Assembly: GCA_049510745.1 (NCBI GenBank)
Contig: JBEKYR010000015.1
Coordinates: 32,001-96,000, forward strand
Length of the DNA stretch: 64,000 nucleotides
Reading direction: 5' to 3'
DNA from: Verrucomicrobiota bacterium
GTDB lineage: Bacteria > Verrucomicrobiota > Verrucomicrobiia > Limisphaerales > Palsa-1400
Both the position numbers and the translations under genes were made by a program. Shown here piece by piece: positions 37,804 to 47,581 of this stretch; position 1 is the first letter of the stretch; the number at the start of each line of letters is the position of its first letter. Below the pieces are notes generated by a model. That model was given only the letters and a program-made list of their open reading frames with translations, made no database searches and was not told the origin of the DNA.

Positions 37804-39651
37804 TCAGCGCAACAGCATGAAATAGAGCACGACGGCGATGCCCGCCGCGAAGAGCAGGGCATACGTTTGCAGGTTGCCCGTCTGCGCCAGGCGCAACGCG
37901 CGCCCGCTCAATTCCGTCGAGCCGTGCAACCCGCGGATGACAAGCTTGATGAAAGAATCGAACCCGTTGGCGAAGGTGGCCAGCGCCTCCTGCGAGATCG
38001 CGATCAGTTCGGCGTACAGTTCGTCAAAGTAAAACTTGCGCCGCAGCAGTCGCGAGGTCCCTTTCAGGTGGACGGGCAGCGGATCGGACGGGGCATTGGC
38101 GTAAACGAAGTAGGCCGCCGCGAATCCCGCGCAAAAGGCCGCCAATCCCAGCGTCGCGGCGATCGGGGCCTGCTGGAATGGGGCCAAGGGGGCGAACCAC
38201 GGAGCCGCCTCATCCACCGGCGCAAACTGGCCCGCGACAAATTGCTCGATGCCGAGAAAACCGCCCATGACGGAGGCTATCGCCAAAACAACCAGCGGAT
38301 AGGCTATCACGCGCGACTTGGGCGGGTGAGCGCCCAGGTCCGTTTTTGCCTTGCCGAGGAACACCACGAAAAAGAGGCGGAACATGTAAAACGTGGTCAG
38401 AAAGGCCACAACTATCCCCAGGACAAACAACGTTCTATTGTGCTCGTACGCCGCCGCCAGGATGGCGTCCTTGCTGTAAAAGCCGCTCAAAGGCGGCAGG
38501 CCGCACAAGGCGAGCGCGCCGACCAGGAAGGTCCGATAGGTCAAGGGAATCTTGTCCTTCAAACGGCCCATCTTCCAGATGTTCTGTTCGTGGCTCAACG
38601 CATGGATGACCGCCCCGGCGGCCAAAAAGAGCAAGGCCTTGAAGAAGGCGTGCGTCGCCAGATGGAACATCGCCGCCGGCGGGTCCGCCAAACCGACCGC
38701 CATCACCATGTAGCCCAGTTGCGAAATGGTGGAATAAGCCAGGATGCGTTTGATGTCGTCCTGCTGCACCGCGATCAAGGCGGACAGGAGCGCGGTAAAG
38801 CCGCCAACCCATGCAATGAGGTGCAAGGCGGGCACGTTGAAAAGAAAGAAGACGCGGCAGAGCATGTAAACGCCGGCCGCCACCATGGTCGCGGCATGGA
38901 TCAGCGCGCTGACGGGCGTGGGGCCTTCCATCGCGTCGGGCAGCCAGACGTGCAAGGGGAACTGGGCCGATTTGCCCACCGCCCCGCAGAAAATCAGCAA
39001 CCCCACGCTGGTCGCCGCCGTTTCAAACAACTCCGGGTTGCGCAGCAATTGTTCCTTGATCCCGATGAAATCGATCGTGCCTGCCGCCGACCAGACCAAA
39101 AGGATGCCGGTGAAAAACCCGAAGTCGCCCAGGCGATTGGTCAGAAAGGCCTTCTTGGCCGCGTCGGCCGCGGCAGGACGCTCATACCAGAATCCGATCA
39201 GCAAATAGCTGCAAAGACCGACCAATTCCCAAAAAATAAACATCTCGATAAAATTCCCGCTGACCACAACCCCCAGCATCGAAAAAGTGAACAGACTCAT
39301 GCAGGCAAAGAACCGGGAGTAACCCGGATCGCCCTTCATGTAGCCGATCGAATAAACATGGATGGCCAGGCCGACCCCCGTCACGATCAGCAGCATCAGC
39401 ACGCTCAACTGATCGAACCGCAGGGCGAAGTCGATGTTCAGGCGGCCCACCTTCAACCAGTTGACCTGGACGGCCGGAACGCCGCCGCCCACAAACTCGG
39501 CCAGCAAATCCACGCTGAGCAGAAACGAAGCGAGCACCGCGCCCACCGAGAGAACGGCGCTGAACCGCGGGTTCTTTTGCAGGAACAACGCAATCAGCAC
39601 GGCCGACAGCAGCGGCAGAAACAGGATGAGCCAGGGCAGCGGATTATTCAT
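37804..39651 (-). CDS. nuoL: NADH-quinone oxidoreductase subunit L
   Basis: GKSAQFPLHVWLPDAMEGPTPVSALIHAATMV. Confidence 0.97.
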   Translation of the reverse strand: MNNPLPWLILFLPLLSAVLIALFLQKNPRFSAVLSVGAVLASFLLSVDLLAEFVGGGVPAVQVNWLKVGRLNIDFALRFDQLSVLMLLIVTGVGLAIHVYSIGYMKGDPGYSRFFACMSLFTFSMLGVVVSGNFIEMFIFWELVGLCSYLLIGFWYERPAAADAAKKAFLTNRLGDFGFFTGILLVWSAAGTIDFIGIKEQLLRNPELFETAATSVGLLIFCGAVGKSAQFPLHVWLPDAMEGPTPVSALIHAATMVAAGVYMLCRVFFLFNVPALHLIAWVGGFTALLSALIAVQQDDIKRILAYSTISQLGYMVMAVGLADPPAAMFHLATHAFFKALLFLAAGAVIHALSHEQNIWKMGRLKDKIPLTYRTFLVGALALCGLPPLSGFYSKDAILAAAYEHNRTLFVLGIVVAFLTTFYMFRLFFVVFLGKAKTDLGAHPPKSRVIAYPLVVLAIASVMGGFLGIEQFVAGQFAPVDEAAPWFAPLAPFQQAPIAATLGLAAFCAGFAAAYFVYANAPSDPLPVHLKGTSRLLRRKFYFDELYAELIAISQEALATFANGFDSFIKLVIRGLHGSTELSGRALRLAQTGNLQTYALLFAAGIAVVLYFMLLR

Positions 39652-39654
39652 GCG

Positions 39655-39963
39655 TCATAATCGCATCGTCGCCAAATCTTCCACGTGCGTCGTTTGGCGG
39701 CGGCGGTAAAGGGCCACAATCAGCGCCAGACCGACCGCCACTTCCGAAGCGGCGACGGTGATGATGAAAAAGACCATGACCTGGCCGTCGAGATTGTTCT
39801 TATAACGCGAAAAGGCGACCAGGGCCAGATTGGCCGCATTGAGCATCAACTCCAGCGACATATAGATGACCAGCAGATTGCGCCGCACGATCACTCCCAG
39901 CAACCCGAGGCAGAACAGCAGCACGCTGACCACCAGGTAATCTTGCAGTCCGACGGGGCTCAT
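39655..39963 (-). CDS. nuoK: NADH-quinone oxidoreductase subunit K
   Basis: RRN...ELMLNA...VAASEVAVGLAL. Confidence 0.95.
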   Translation of the reverse strand: MSPVGLQDYLVVSVLLFCLGLLGVIVRRNLLVIYMSLELMLNAANLALVAFSRYKNNLDGQVMVFFIITVAASEVAVGLALIVALYRRRQTTHVEDLATMRL

Positions 39964-40463
39964 CGCAGGTCCTTTTTGCTGAGCAACACCGTTCCGATCA
40001 TCGCCACCAGCAGCAGCAGCGAAACCAGCTCAAACGGCAGGGCGAAATTCTCGAAAAGGCGCCGCCCCAGCGCCAGGGTCGATCCGTCCGCCAGGGTGTG
40101 CTCCAAACTGAAACCCACGCGCGACTGCCGGAGGGTGCGGATCATGACCAGGGCGATGACTCCCGCCGCCACGACCCCCAAACCGGCCATGGCCAGCTTG
40201 ATCCGGCGGCGCTCCTCCTCTTTTAAATCCAGCAGCATGATGACAAACACAAAGAGCACCATGACGGCGCCCGCGTACACCAGGATTTGCACCGCCGCCA
40301 GAAAGTAGGCGTGGAGGAGCACAAAGAGGCCGGCCATCGAGAAAATAGCCAATAATAAAAACATCGCGCTCGTCACCGGATTGCGCGTCACCGGGTTGGC
40401 GACCACCAGCCCGCCGCACAGCAGCGTCAGCCCGGCAAAGAGGTAAAAGAAAACCTGTTCCAT
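39960..40463 (-). CDS. nuoJ: NADH-quinone oxidoreductase subunit J
   Basis: QILVYAGAVMVLFVFVIMLL, PFELVS. Confidence 0.95.
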   Translation of the reverse strand: MEQVFFYLFAGLTLLCGGLVVANPVTRNPVTSAMFLLLAIFSMAGLFVLLHAYFLAAVQILVYAGAVMVLFVFVIMLLDLKEEERRRIKLAMAGLGVVAAGVIALVMIRTLRQSRVGFSLEHTLADGSTLALGRRLFENFALPFELVSLLLLVAMIGTVLLSKKDLR

Positions 40464-40964
40464 CTATTTGTGTTTCCACTTCCAGACCCGGTCCTGGTGG
40501 ACCCCGCCCATCGCCAGCAGCCGGCTCTTGTCATACACCATTTCCTGCCGGCTCAGTCCGGTCAGGGAGTAATCTTTCATCAGAAAAATGGCTTCCTCGG
40601 GGCAAACTTCCTCGCAAAAGCCGCAGAAGATGCAGCGGAGCATGTCAATTTCAAATTCGCGCGGCGCCTTCTCCACGTTGCCGGCCGACGGGTCCACGGC
40701 CGGGCCGGGCGGGGTGATGCGAATGGCCTTGGGCGGGCAGATGAATTCACAAAGCTGACAGGAGACGCATTTGGTGCGCCCGGCGGGGTCCTTCACCAGG
40801 TACGGCGCTCCCCGATAGCCCTCCGGCACGGTCCATTTTTCCTCCGGATACTGCAGGGTCACTTTCTTTTTGAAAAAGTGGCGCAGAGTAACGCGGAAAC
40901 CTTCCACCACCGCCGGGAGGTAGAGGCGTTCCCAAACGTTTAACTTTGTTCGTTTGACAATCAT
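40464..40964 (-). CDS. nuoI: NADH-quinone oxidoreductase subunit I
   Basis: VTLQYPEE; two CxxCxxCxxxCP motifs. Confidence 0.95.
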   Translation of the reverse strand: MIVKRTKLNVWERLYLPAVVEGFRVTLRHFFKKKVTLQYPEEKWTVPEGYRGAPYLVKDPAGRTKCVSCQLCEFICPPKAIRITPPGPAVDPSAGNVEKAPREFEIDMLRCIFCGFCEEVCPEEAIFLMKDYSLTGLSRQEMVYDKSRLLAMGGVHQDRVWKWKHK

Positions 40965-40969
40965 GCAAA

Positions 40970-42031
40970 TCAAGCGCCCGGAGCCCTGAGCCAAAGCCAG
41001 ATGGCGGTCGCCATGATGTTGGCCAGCGCCAGCGGCAGAAACCGCCGCCAGCCCAGGTCCATCAATTGATCATACCGAAACCGCGGCCACATCCAGCGCA
41101 CCCAAATAAACAGCCCCATCAAGGCCGCCACCTTCGCCAGGAAAATGGCGATGTGGACCAATCCCAGGCCGATCGACCCGGCCGGTTTGTCCAATCCGGC
41201 CAGGGGCAGCGTCCAGCCGCCCAAAAACAAGGTCACCATCATGCCCGAGGCCGCAATCATGTTGGCGTATTCTCCCATGAAGAAAAGCGCGAATTTCATC
41301 GAGCTGTACTCCGTGTTGTAGCCGGCCACCAATTCCTGCTCCGCCTCCGGCAGGTCGAACGGCAGCCGGTTGGTCTCGGCAAACGCCGCTATCACGAAAA
41401 TTACGAATGACAACGGGGCGTAGAGGATCAGCCAGCCGTGCTCCGCCTGGTAGCCGATCACCTGCCCCAGGTTCAAGTCGCCCACAATCAGGAACACGGG
41501 AATGACCGACATCCCCATCGCAATTTCATACGAAATCATTTGCGCGCTGGAGCGGATGCCGCCCAGGAAGGGGTACTTGGAGTTGGAAGCGTAGCCGGCC
41601 AGCACAATCCCGTACACGCCCAGCGACACAATCCCGAAGGTGTAGAGGATGCCCACGTTCAGGTCGGCGATGACCATTTTCTCGCCGCCCAATTGCGAGC
41701 CGAAAGGAATCACCGCCAGGACCAGCAGCGCCGGGATCATCGTGATCATCGGCGCCAGCCAAAAGTAGGCCTTGCGGACGTGGGCCGGGGTAAAATCCTC
41801 CTTCAGGAACGCTTTGACCCCGTCGGCCACCGGCTGCAGGATGCCGAACGGGCCGACGCGGTTGGGTCCGTGGCGGTCCTGGATGCAGGCGGAAACTTTC
41901 CGCTCCGCCAGCACCGCATACGCCACCGCCCCCATCACCACCGCGAAAACGCAGACGATTTTGATGACGCTGATCGAGGTAAAACAGGCCGCCGCCTGCG
42001 TCGCCGGACTTAAACTGTGAAACCAGTTCAT
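40970..42031 (-). CDS. nuoH: NADH-quinone oxidoreductase subunit H
   Basis: ERK..QDRHGPNRVG, AETNRLPFDLPEAEQELVAGY, PRFRYDQ. Confidence 0.97.
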   Translation of the reverse strand: MNWFHSLSPATQAAACFTSISVIKIVCVFAVVMGAVAYAVLAERKVSACIQDRHGPNRVGPFGILQPVADGVKAFLKEDFTPAHVRKAYFWLAPMITMIPALLVLAVIPFGSQLGGEKMVIADLNVGILYTFGIVSLGVYGIVLAGYASNSKYPFLGGIRSSAQMISYEIAMGMSVIPVFLIVGDLNLGQVIGYQAEHGWLILYAPLSFVIFVIAAFAETNRLPFDLPEAEQELVAGYNTEYSSMKFALFFMGEYANMIAASGMMVTLFLGGWTLPLAGLDKPAGSIGLGLVHIAIFLAKVAALMGLFIWVRWMWPRFRYDQLMDLGWRRFLPLALANIMATAIWLWLRAPGA

Positions 42032-42049
42032 GAATTTATTCGCAATAAT

Positions 42050-43801
42050 CTAAATGGGCACCGTCACGCCCAATTCTCCCAGCCCGGCCCAGGTCAAACC
42101 GTTGAAGGCCGGCACTTCCGCCGCCATTTGGTTGAAGAGGCCCTCGATGCTGGCCGCCCCCGGCCGGCCCGTCACGCCCTCCGCCAGTTCGAGCAGAAAT
42201 TCCCACTCCGCGCGCGCGTTGCCTTTGGGCTGAACGTTCTGCGTGAAGCGCTGCACGCGCCCTTTGACGTTGACGAAGCTGCCGCGCTTCTCGGCGTGGG
42301 CGCATCCGGGCAACAGATAGTGCGCCATTTCGGTCGTTTTGTTGGGCAGGATGTCGCTCACAATCAACAGATCCAGTTTCCCCAGCAAATTCTCTCCCAG
42401 TCCCACTTTGGTCACGTCCTCGCCAAACACAATCAACGTCTTGATGATTTCGTTGGCGATGTCCGACGCGATTCGCGCCAGGTTGGAGCCTGTCCGCGCG
42501 GGGGCGATGCCGATGAGCCTGGCCCCGGTGCTGTTGGGGTTGCGGTCGCCATTGAGGAGCAACCGGTCGCCCTGGCCCGTCCGCGGAACCGAATCGGTCA
42601 CGGCTTCGAGCTTGGCGGCAAGCCGTTTGAGCAAATAAAGCTCCTCGTTGGTCTGGCGCGAGGAGGCGATGATGGCGGTCGAACCGGGGCGCGTTTTGTT
42701 GAGAATCTCGATCAGTTCGCCCAGCACGCGGGACCAGGGCCGGCCGGGGTCCGGGTGGCCGGCCTTTGAGCCTCCGACCTCTGTCAAGCGGTCTTCCCGG
42801 TTGATCCACTTGTAATTGAGCCGCCCGTAGTCGCACATCCAGCAGGAGTTGACGGCGTCGTTTTCGCGCGGCTCATAGCGGTACACCTGATCCTCGCGCG
42901 AGCCGATGACGATGTTGCAGCCGGTGCCGCAACTGGTGCAGAGGCTCTTGCTTTCCTTGAGGAACCAGACCCGCATCTGGAAGCGAAAATCCTTCGAGGT
43001 CAGCGCCCCCACCGGGCAAATATCCACCGTGTTGAGGGTGTAATTGTTGTCAAAACTTTTTCCCGGATACCGCGTCAGCGTGCTGTGGCTGCCCCGATCG
43101 GCAAACCCCAGCGCGTCGTCGCCCGCGATGTCCCGCGAAAACCGGATGCAGCGCGAGCAGAGGATGCACCGCTCGTCGTCCAGCATGACGCGCGGTCCGA
43201 GGTCCACCTGCTTGGGCTTGTGAACTTTCTCCTCCACAAAACGGCTGGCGGACAGCCCGTAGTCCACGGAGTACTCCTGCAACTTGCATTCCCCCGCCTG
43301 GTCGCAAATCGGGCAATCCAGCGGATGGTTGATGAGAAGCGATTCCAGCACCGCCTCCCGCATCTGTTTGGTCGCCGGCGAACCGGGGTAAATCTCCATG
43401 CCGGGGGAAATCGGCGTCGCGCAGGCGATGGCCCCGCGCGGCGTGCCCGGTTCATAGGGGAGGACGGAGCGGGCGATTTTGGGCGTGCCGTCCGGATTGA
43501 GCACCGGCTTGCGATCCGGCCCGGCGACGGGCGTGCCGAACTCGACCAGGCACATGCGGCAATTGCCGGCGACGGGCAGCTTGGGATGATAACAATAATG
43601 CGGCACTTCGACGCCGGCCGCGGCGCAGGCCTGGAGCATGGTGGTGGGCTGCAATTTGCCCTGCCAATCCGGCATCGCCTTTGGCACTTCGATCTCGCGC
43701 CCGTCCACCTTGACCTTGATCTTCTCCACCGGCGGCGGCGCGGGTTTGGGTTCGGCTGTCTTCTCGTTCGACATATTCAGGTGAAGGACGGCTGTGCTCA
43801 T
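42050..43801 (-). CDS. nuoG: NADH-quinone oxidoreductase subunit G
   Basis: CYHPKLPVAGNCRMC, NHPLDCPICDQAGEC, CILCSRC, DICPVGAL, CTSCGTGC. Confidence 0.95.
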   Translation of the reverse strand: MSTAVLHLNMSNEKTAEPKPAPPPVEKIKVKVDGREIEVPKAMPDWQGKLQPTTMLQACAAAGVEVPHYCYHPKLPVAGNCRMCLVEFGTPVAGPDRKPVLNPDGTPKIARSVLPYEPGTPRGAIACATPISPGMEIYPGSPATKQMREAVLESLLINHPLDCPICDQAGECKLQEYSVDYGLSASRFVEEKVHKPKQVDLGPRVMLDDERCILCSRCIRFSRDIAGDDALGFADRGSHSTLTRYPGKSFDNNYTLNTVDICPVGALTSKDFRFQMRVWFLKESKSLCTSCGTGCNIVIGSREDQVYRYEPRENDAVNSCWMCDYGRLNYKWINREDRLTEVGGSKAGHPDPGRPWSRVLGELIEILNKTRPGSTAIIASSRQTNEELYLLKRLAAKLEAVTDSVPRTGQGDRLLLNGDRNPNSTGARLIGIAPARTGSNLARIASDIANEIIKTLIVFGEDVTKVGLGENLLGKLDLLIVSDILPNKTTEMAHYLLPGCAHAEKRGSFVNVKGRVQRFTQNVQPKGNARAEWEFLLELAEGVTGRPGAASIEGLFNQMAAEVPAFNGLTWAGLGELGVTVPI

Positions 43802-45219
43802 GGGCTGGCGGCGAGTTTCATTCCTTGCGACGGCCCCGCTCCGGCGTTTTTCGCCTCGTCGGCCGCGCCGCGCGCTTCAAATTCGTCCCGGAATTTGTTG
43901 ACAAAGCTCAAGACCGGCCAGGCGCAGGCCTCGCCGAAGGCGCAAATCGTCCGGCCTTGAATGTTTTGCGCGATGTTCAGCACATAATCGGCGTCCTGTT
44001 TGCGGCCCTGCCCGCCGCAAAGGCGGCGCAGCGCCTTGGCCAGCCACAACGAGCCTTCGCGGCACGGCGTGCATTGGCCGCAGCTTTCATGCGCGTAGAA
44101 ATCCGCGATGTTGGCCAGCGCCGCCACCATGTCCGTCGTGTCGTCCATGACGATGATCGCCCCCGAGCCGGACATGCTGCCGGCTTGCTGCAGCGAGTCG
44201 AAATCGTAGGGCAGGTCCAGCAGATCGACCTCGACCGTGCTCATCTGGCCGTCCGCCCCTTTGCGTTTCATTTTGAACTTCTCGCCCGCTTTGAACACTT
44301 TGGCCGAGGAACCGCCGGGGATGACCGCCTTCAACTTCCGCCCCTCCCGCAGGCCGCCGCCGAAGTTCGGGTCGAAGATCATTTCCCCCAGCGTCACCTT
44401 GCCCACCTCCACCTCGTAATACCCCGGTTTCCTGACGTGGCCGCTGACGCTGACGATGCGGGTGCCGGTGTTGTTGGGGGCGCCGAGTTTGGCGTACTCG
44501 GACCCGCCCATCTGGATAATATGTTTGACCGCCGCCAGCGTCTCCACGTTGTTGACAATGGTCGGGCACATGTAAAGGCCCAGCACCGCCGGGAAATAGG
44601 GCGGCTTGATCCGCGGGTAGGCCCGCTTGCCCTCCAGCGACTCGATCAACCCCGTTTCCTCGCCGCAGATATACGCGCCGGCGCCGCGATGCACGTGGAT
44701 TTCCAGATCGTAGCCGCTGCCCGATATATTCTTCCCCAGTAAATTCTTCGCGCGCGCCTCGGCCAGCGCCCGGTTCAGCAGCCGCGCTCCGTCCGGCATT
44801 TCGCCCCGGATGTAAATGTAAGCCAGGTGAACGTCGTTGGCGTAGCAGGAGAGGATCATCCCTTCGATCAACTGATGCGGGTCCTTGTAGAGAATCTGGC
44901 GGTCCTTGAACGTGCCCGGCTCGGATTCGTCCGCGTTGCAAATCAGATAGATCGGCTTGCCGCTCTGGCGATCGACAAACGACCACTTCAGCCCGCACGA
45001 AAAACCCGCGCCGCCCCGGCCGCGCAGGCCGGAGATTTTCACCTCCTCGCGCAGTTGTTCCTGCGGGGAAAGTTTTTTGCCGCCCGGCAGGTCTTTGGGC
45101 GGCAGGGCCAGGGCCTTTTTCAGGACCTCGTAGCCGCCGTGGCGCCGATAGCACTCCAGGTCCGGCGTGTAACCGGGCCGGTCAACGTTCTTTAAAATGA
45201 GCCGATATTCTTGCGGCAT
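43798..45219 (-). CDS. nuoF: NADH-quinone oxidoreductase subunit F
   Basis: SGLRGRGGAGF, NADESEPGTFKD, GAGAYICGEET, ESCGQCTPCREG. Confidence 0.97.
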   Translation of the reverse strand: MPQEYRLILKNVDRPGYTPDLECYRRHGGYEVLKKALALPPKDLPGGKKLSPQEQLREEVKISGLRGRGGAGFSCGLKWSFVDRQSGKPIYLICNADESEPGTFKDRQILYKDPHQLIEGMILSCYANDVHLAYIYIRGEMPDGARLLNRALAEARAKNLLGKNISGSGYDLEIHVHRGAGAYICGEETGLIESLEGKRAYPRIKPPYFPAVLGLYMCPTIVNNVETLAAVKHIIQMGGSEYAKLGAPNNTGTRIVSVSGHVRKPGYYEVEVGKVTLGEMIFDPNFGGGLREGRKLKAVIPGGSSAKVFKAGEKFKMKRKGADGQMSTVEVDLLDLPYDFDSLQQAGSMSGSGAIIVMDDTTDMVAALANIADFYAHESCGQCTPCREGSLWLAKALRRLCGGQGRKQDADYVLNIAQNIQGRTICAFGEACAWPVLSFVNKFRDEFEARGAADEAKNAGAGPSQGMKLAASP

Positions 45220-45222
45220 ATC

Positions 45223-45250
45223 TTGACGCCACCGTCAATTTCGCTACATT
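45223..45250 (+). promoter_or_regulatory. Sigma70-type promoter for tRNA-Gln
   Basis: TTGACG-N16-TACATT, 15 bp before the tRNA. Confidence 0.65.
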
Positions 45251-45265
45251 CTCAGTCTGTGCGCC

Positions 45266-45339
45266 TGCCCGATGGTGTAACGGTAGCACAGCAGACTCTG
45301 GATCTGTTTGTCATGGTTCAAATCCATGTCGGGCAGCCA
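45266..45339 (+). tRNA. tRNA-Gln(CTG)
   Basis: Acceptor stem TGCCCGA/TCGGGCA plus GCCA; anticodon arm GCAGA-CTCTGGA-TCTGT; T-loop GGTTCAAATCC. Confidence 0.96.
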
Positions 45340-45341
45340 AT

Positions 45342-46085
45342 TCATTTGGATCCTTTCTTCGTCACACTTTTAGGGATTTGGCGAACGTAAGCGGCGCGTA
45401 TCGCCGCCAGCAAACAAGATCCCTTCACCTGGAATCTCTCAAATTCTGAAATATTGTCTTGCTTCAAATGAAGCTGGCCTTCGCCGACATTTCCACGATG
45501 TTGTCCGCGCGAATAGTACTTATTCGATTCAACTTCGTTGGAACTCAAAACCCAATGACGAATGACATCTCGCCAAACCCCAATCCACACAAAAACGTCG
45601 CAGCAGCCGCATTTGACCTGCTGAAAATTCATATCGAACGATTTTCCTGAATCGGATGAAAGCGCTTTCACATACAAGGGTTCGTCCGTGTCGAAATCCA
45701 CGGCGCGCGACGCTTTGACTTCAATCCGAATCTGCCCATCCAGAAGAAAATCGTATTCCCCGGAATATCCAGGGTCGAGTTTCTTGGAAGGTTTGACAAG
45801 ATCGGGAACCAATTCCTTCAAATGTCCCTGCGCCCAAGCCTCGCCAAAAGTTCGCGGACCACTGATTTCAAAAATATAAAGATATAGGTTTCGGGCGATG
45901 TACTCGTCTCGGATTTCGTAGTAGCCATCAAGCGACAGAACTCCCTGGCCGAGCAAAATCGAAATCACATATTCAAAACGGTTGAATGGATAAACGGACA
46001 AAAGCGTGGGGAGCCGGTCTCTCAGATCCTTTTCGTCTTTCAAATGCGAGAGCAGTTCGTCGAGTTTCTGTTGCAGTTTTTGCAT
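45342..46085 (-). CDS. Putative type II restriction endonuclease, PD-(D/E)xK
   Basis: EYDFLLDGQIRIEVKASRA...FQQVK; coupled to the MTase by a TAATG overlap; lower GC. Confidence 0.75.
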   Translation of the reverse strand: MQKLQQKLDELLSHLKDEKDLRDRLPTLLSVYPFNRFEYVISILLGQGVLSLDGYYEIRDEYIARNLYLYIFEISGPRTFGEAWAQGHLKELVPDLVKPSKKLDPGYSGEYDFLLDGQIRIEVKASRAVDFDTDEPLYVKALSSDSGKSFDMNFQQVKCGCCDVFVWIGVWRDVIRHWVLSSNEVESNKYYSRGQHRGNVGEGQLHLKQDNISEFERFQVKGSCLLAAIRAAYVRQIPKSVTKKGSK

Positions 46086-47086
46086 TACAAAAAGCTTGGC
46101 TGTAATTCTGTTTCGATTTGTCCGGCGGCTTTTTCCGGTGTTTCCAAAAGTTCCGGCAATGATATCTCTTCCTCAAAAGGATGGCCGTTTTGCCAGCCGA
46201 GTCGTCGCGTTTTTCGGAAACGTTCCAGCCGGCGGATGGTAATCTCGCAGAAGATCGGGTCCAAATCCGCGGTGAAACAGCGCCGCCCGTTTATTTCAGC
46301 CGCCAGCAGCGTGGTGCCCGAGTGAGCGAAAAAGTCAATCACCAGGCTGTTCCTGGGCGAACTGGCTTTGATAATGCGCTCAACGCACTTGATCGGTTTT
46401 TGAGCATAACAGCCCGACACGTTTTCCTCCATTCGGTAAAAAACTTGCTGAATGTCCACCCACACGTTGCCCGCGCGAATGTTGTCTGATTTGCTTCGCT
46501 CAAAATTCTCCGTTGTTTTGCCGCCGACCTCCTTGTAATAACCGCGCAAAATCTTCGGAATGTCGGTATATTCGGCCTCAATGTTAAAATCCGGCTCCCC
46601 CTTGATGTAGTAAAGAAGCTCCTGGCGCACCGCCATCCAGTTCTTTTGTGTTCCGAAGCCGCGTTGATTTCGCATCGTGATGAAGCTGCGCGGGCGCAGT
46701 TCAGTCTGCCGCATCATCAACATGAAATCCGGCAATGGCTGAAATCCATTGCGCTGATCCGCCCCCAGCCAAACGTAAAATGAGCTGTCCGGTTGGAGAA
46801 CCACAATTGTATTGTTGACCCATTGTCTGCACCAGCGAACATACTCTCCGATCTCGCGTTCTTCAAAAGCGACCAGGTTGTAAGGCGGATCGTGGATGGC
46901 CAGATCGGCCCGCTCACCGTCTGTTAATTCCAACATTGCACTGGTATTTGCCGCATCCAGGCAGCCAACCTTGTGCCGGCCTTGAGCGTCAACCCAAATC
47001 TCACCGGGCTTCAAGCGGCAAAAGGGCAAAACCTTCTGCCGAAGCTCTTCGCAATTGTCCAGTCGCGGCAAGGGGTTATTCTTCAT
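46085..47086 (-). CDS. Beta-class N4/N6 DNA methyltransferase
   Basis: DPPY precedes QKP...DFFAHSGTT. Confidence 0.93.
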   Translation of the reverse strand: MKNNPLPRLDNCEELRQKVLPFCRLKPGEIWVDAQGRHKVGCLDAANTSAMLELTDGERADLAIHDPPYNLVAFEEREIGEYVRWCRQWVNNTIVVLQPDSSFYVWLGADQRNGFQPLPDFMLMMRQTELRPRSFITMRNQRGFGTQKNWMAVRQELLYYIKGEPDFNIEAEYTDIPKILRGYYKEVGGKTTENFERSKSDNIRAGNVWVDIQQVFYRMEENVSGCYAQKPIKCVERIIKASSPRNSLVIDFFAHSGTTLLAAEINGRRCFTADLDPIFCEITIRRLERFRKTRRLGWQNGHPFEEEISLPELLETPEKAAGQIETELQPSFL

Positions 47087-47089
47087 CGC

Positions 47090-47581
47090 TCATTTGTGCG
47101 TTGCCAATAGTTCATCCGCTTTTTGGATCGAAACGCCTTCATAAAACTCCTCGTTGACCATCACCACCGGCGCCGTCCCGCAACTGGCCAGGCATTCGAC
47201 AAACTCGACCGTGTATTTGCCGTCCGGGGTGGTTTGCGGGCCGTGTTTCGACGCGTCCAGCCCCAGTTTCTTGCAAAAATATTCGCGCAATTGATGGCTC
47301 CCGCCCAGCGCGCAACTGAGGGTCCGGCAGATTTTGATCTGGTATTTGCCGGTCTTTTCCTTCTCCTGCCGGAACATCGGGTAGAAGGTCACCAATTCGT
47401 AAATGTTGATGGGCTGCACCTCCAGTTTCCGCGCCGTCCACTCCACCGCTTCCGCCGGGATGCAGCCGAACCGCTCCTGAATCGCGTGCAAAAACATGAG
47501 CGACGCGCTCCGCTTTTGCGGGTAATGCGACGTCAATTCGTCCAGTTCCGCCTCCAGTTCCTTGGAAACGCTAAAGCTCAT
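47090..47581 (-). CDS. nuoE: NADH-quinone oxidoreductase subunit E
   Basis: VTFYPMF, CRTLSC, ECLASCGTAP. Confidence 0.95.
   Translation of the reverse strand: MSFSVSKELEAELDELTSHYPQKRSASLMFLHAIQERFGCIPAEAVEWTARKLEVQPINIYELVTFYPMFRQEKEKTGKYQIKICRTLSCALGGSHQLREYFCKKLGLDASKHGPQTTPDGKYTVEFVECLASCGTAPVVMVNEEFYEGVSIQKADELLATHK

Noticed and set aside
37318..39660. Long antisense ORFs (also 19104-20723, 31639-33555, 58289-60787, 60809-62911)
   Set aside because: Typical stop-poor shadows of GC-rich genes on the other strand.
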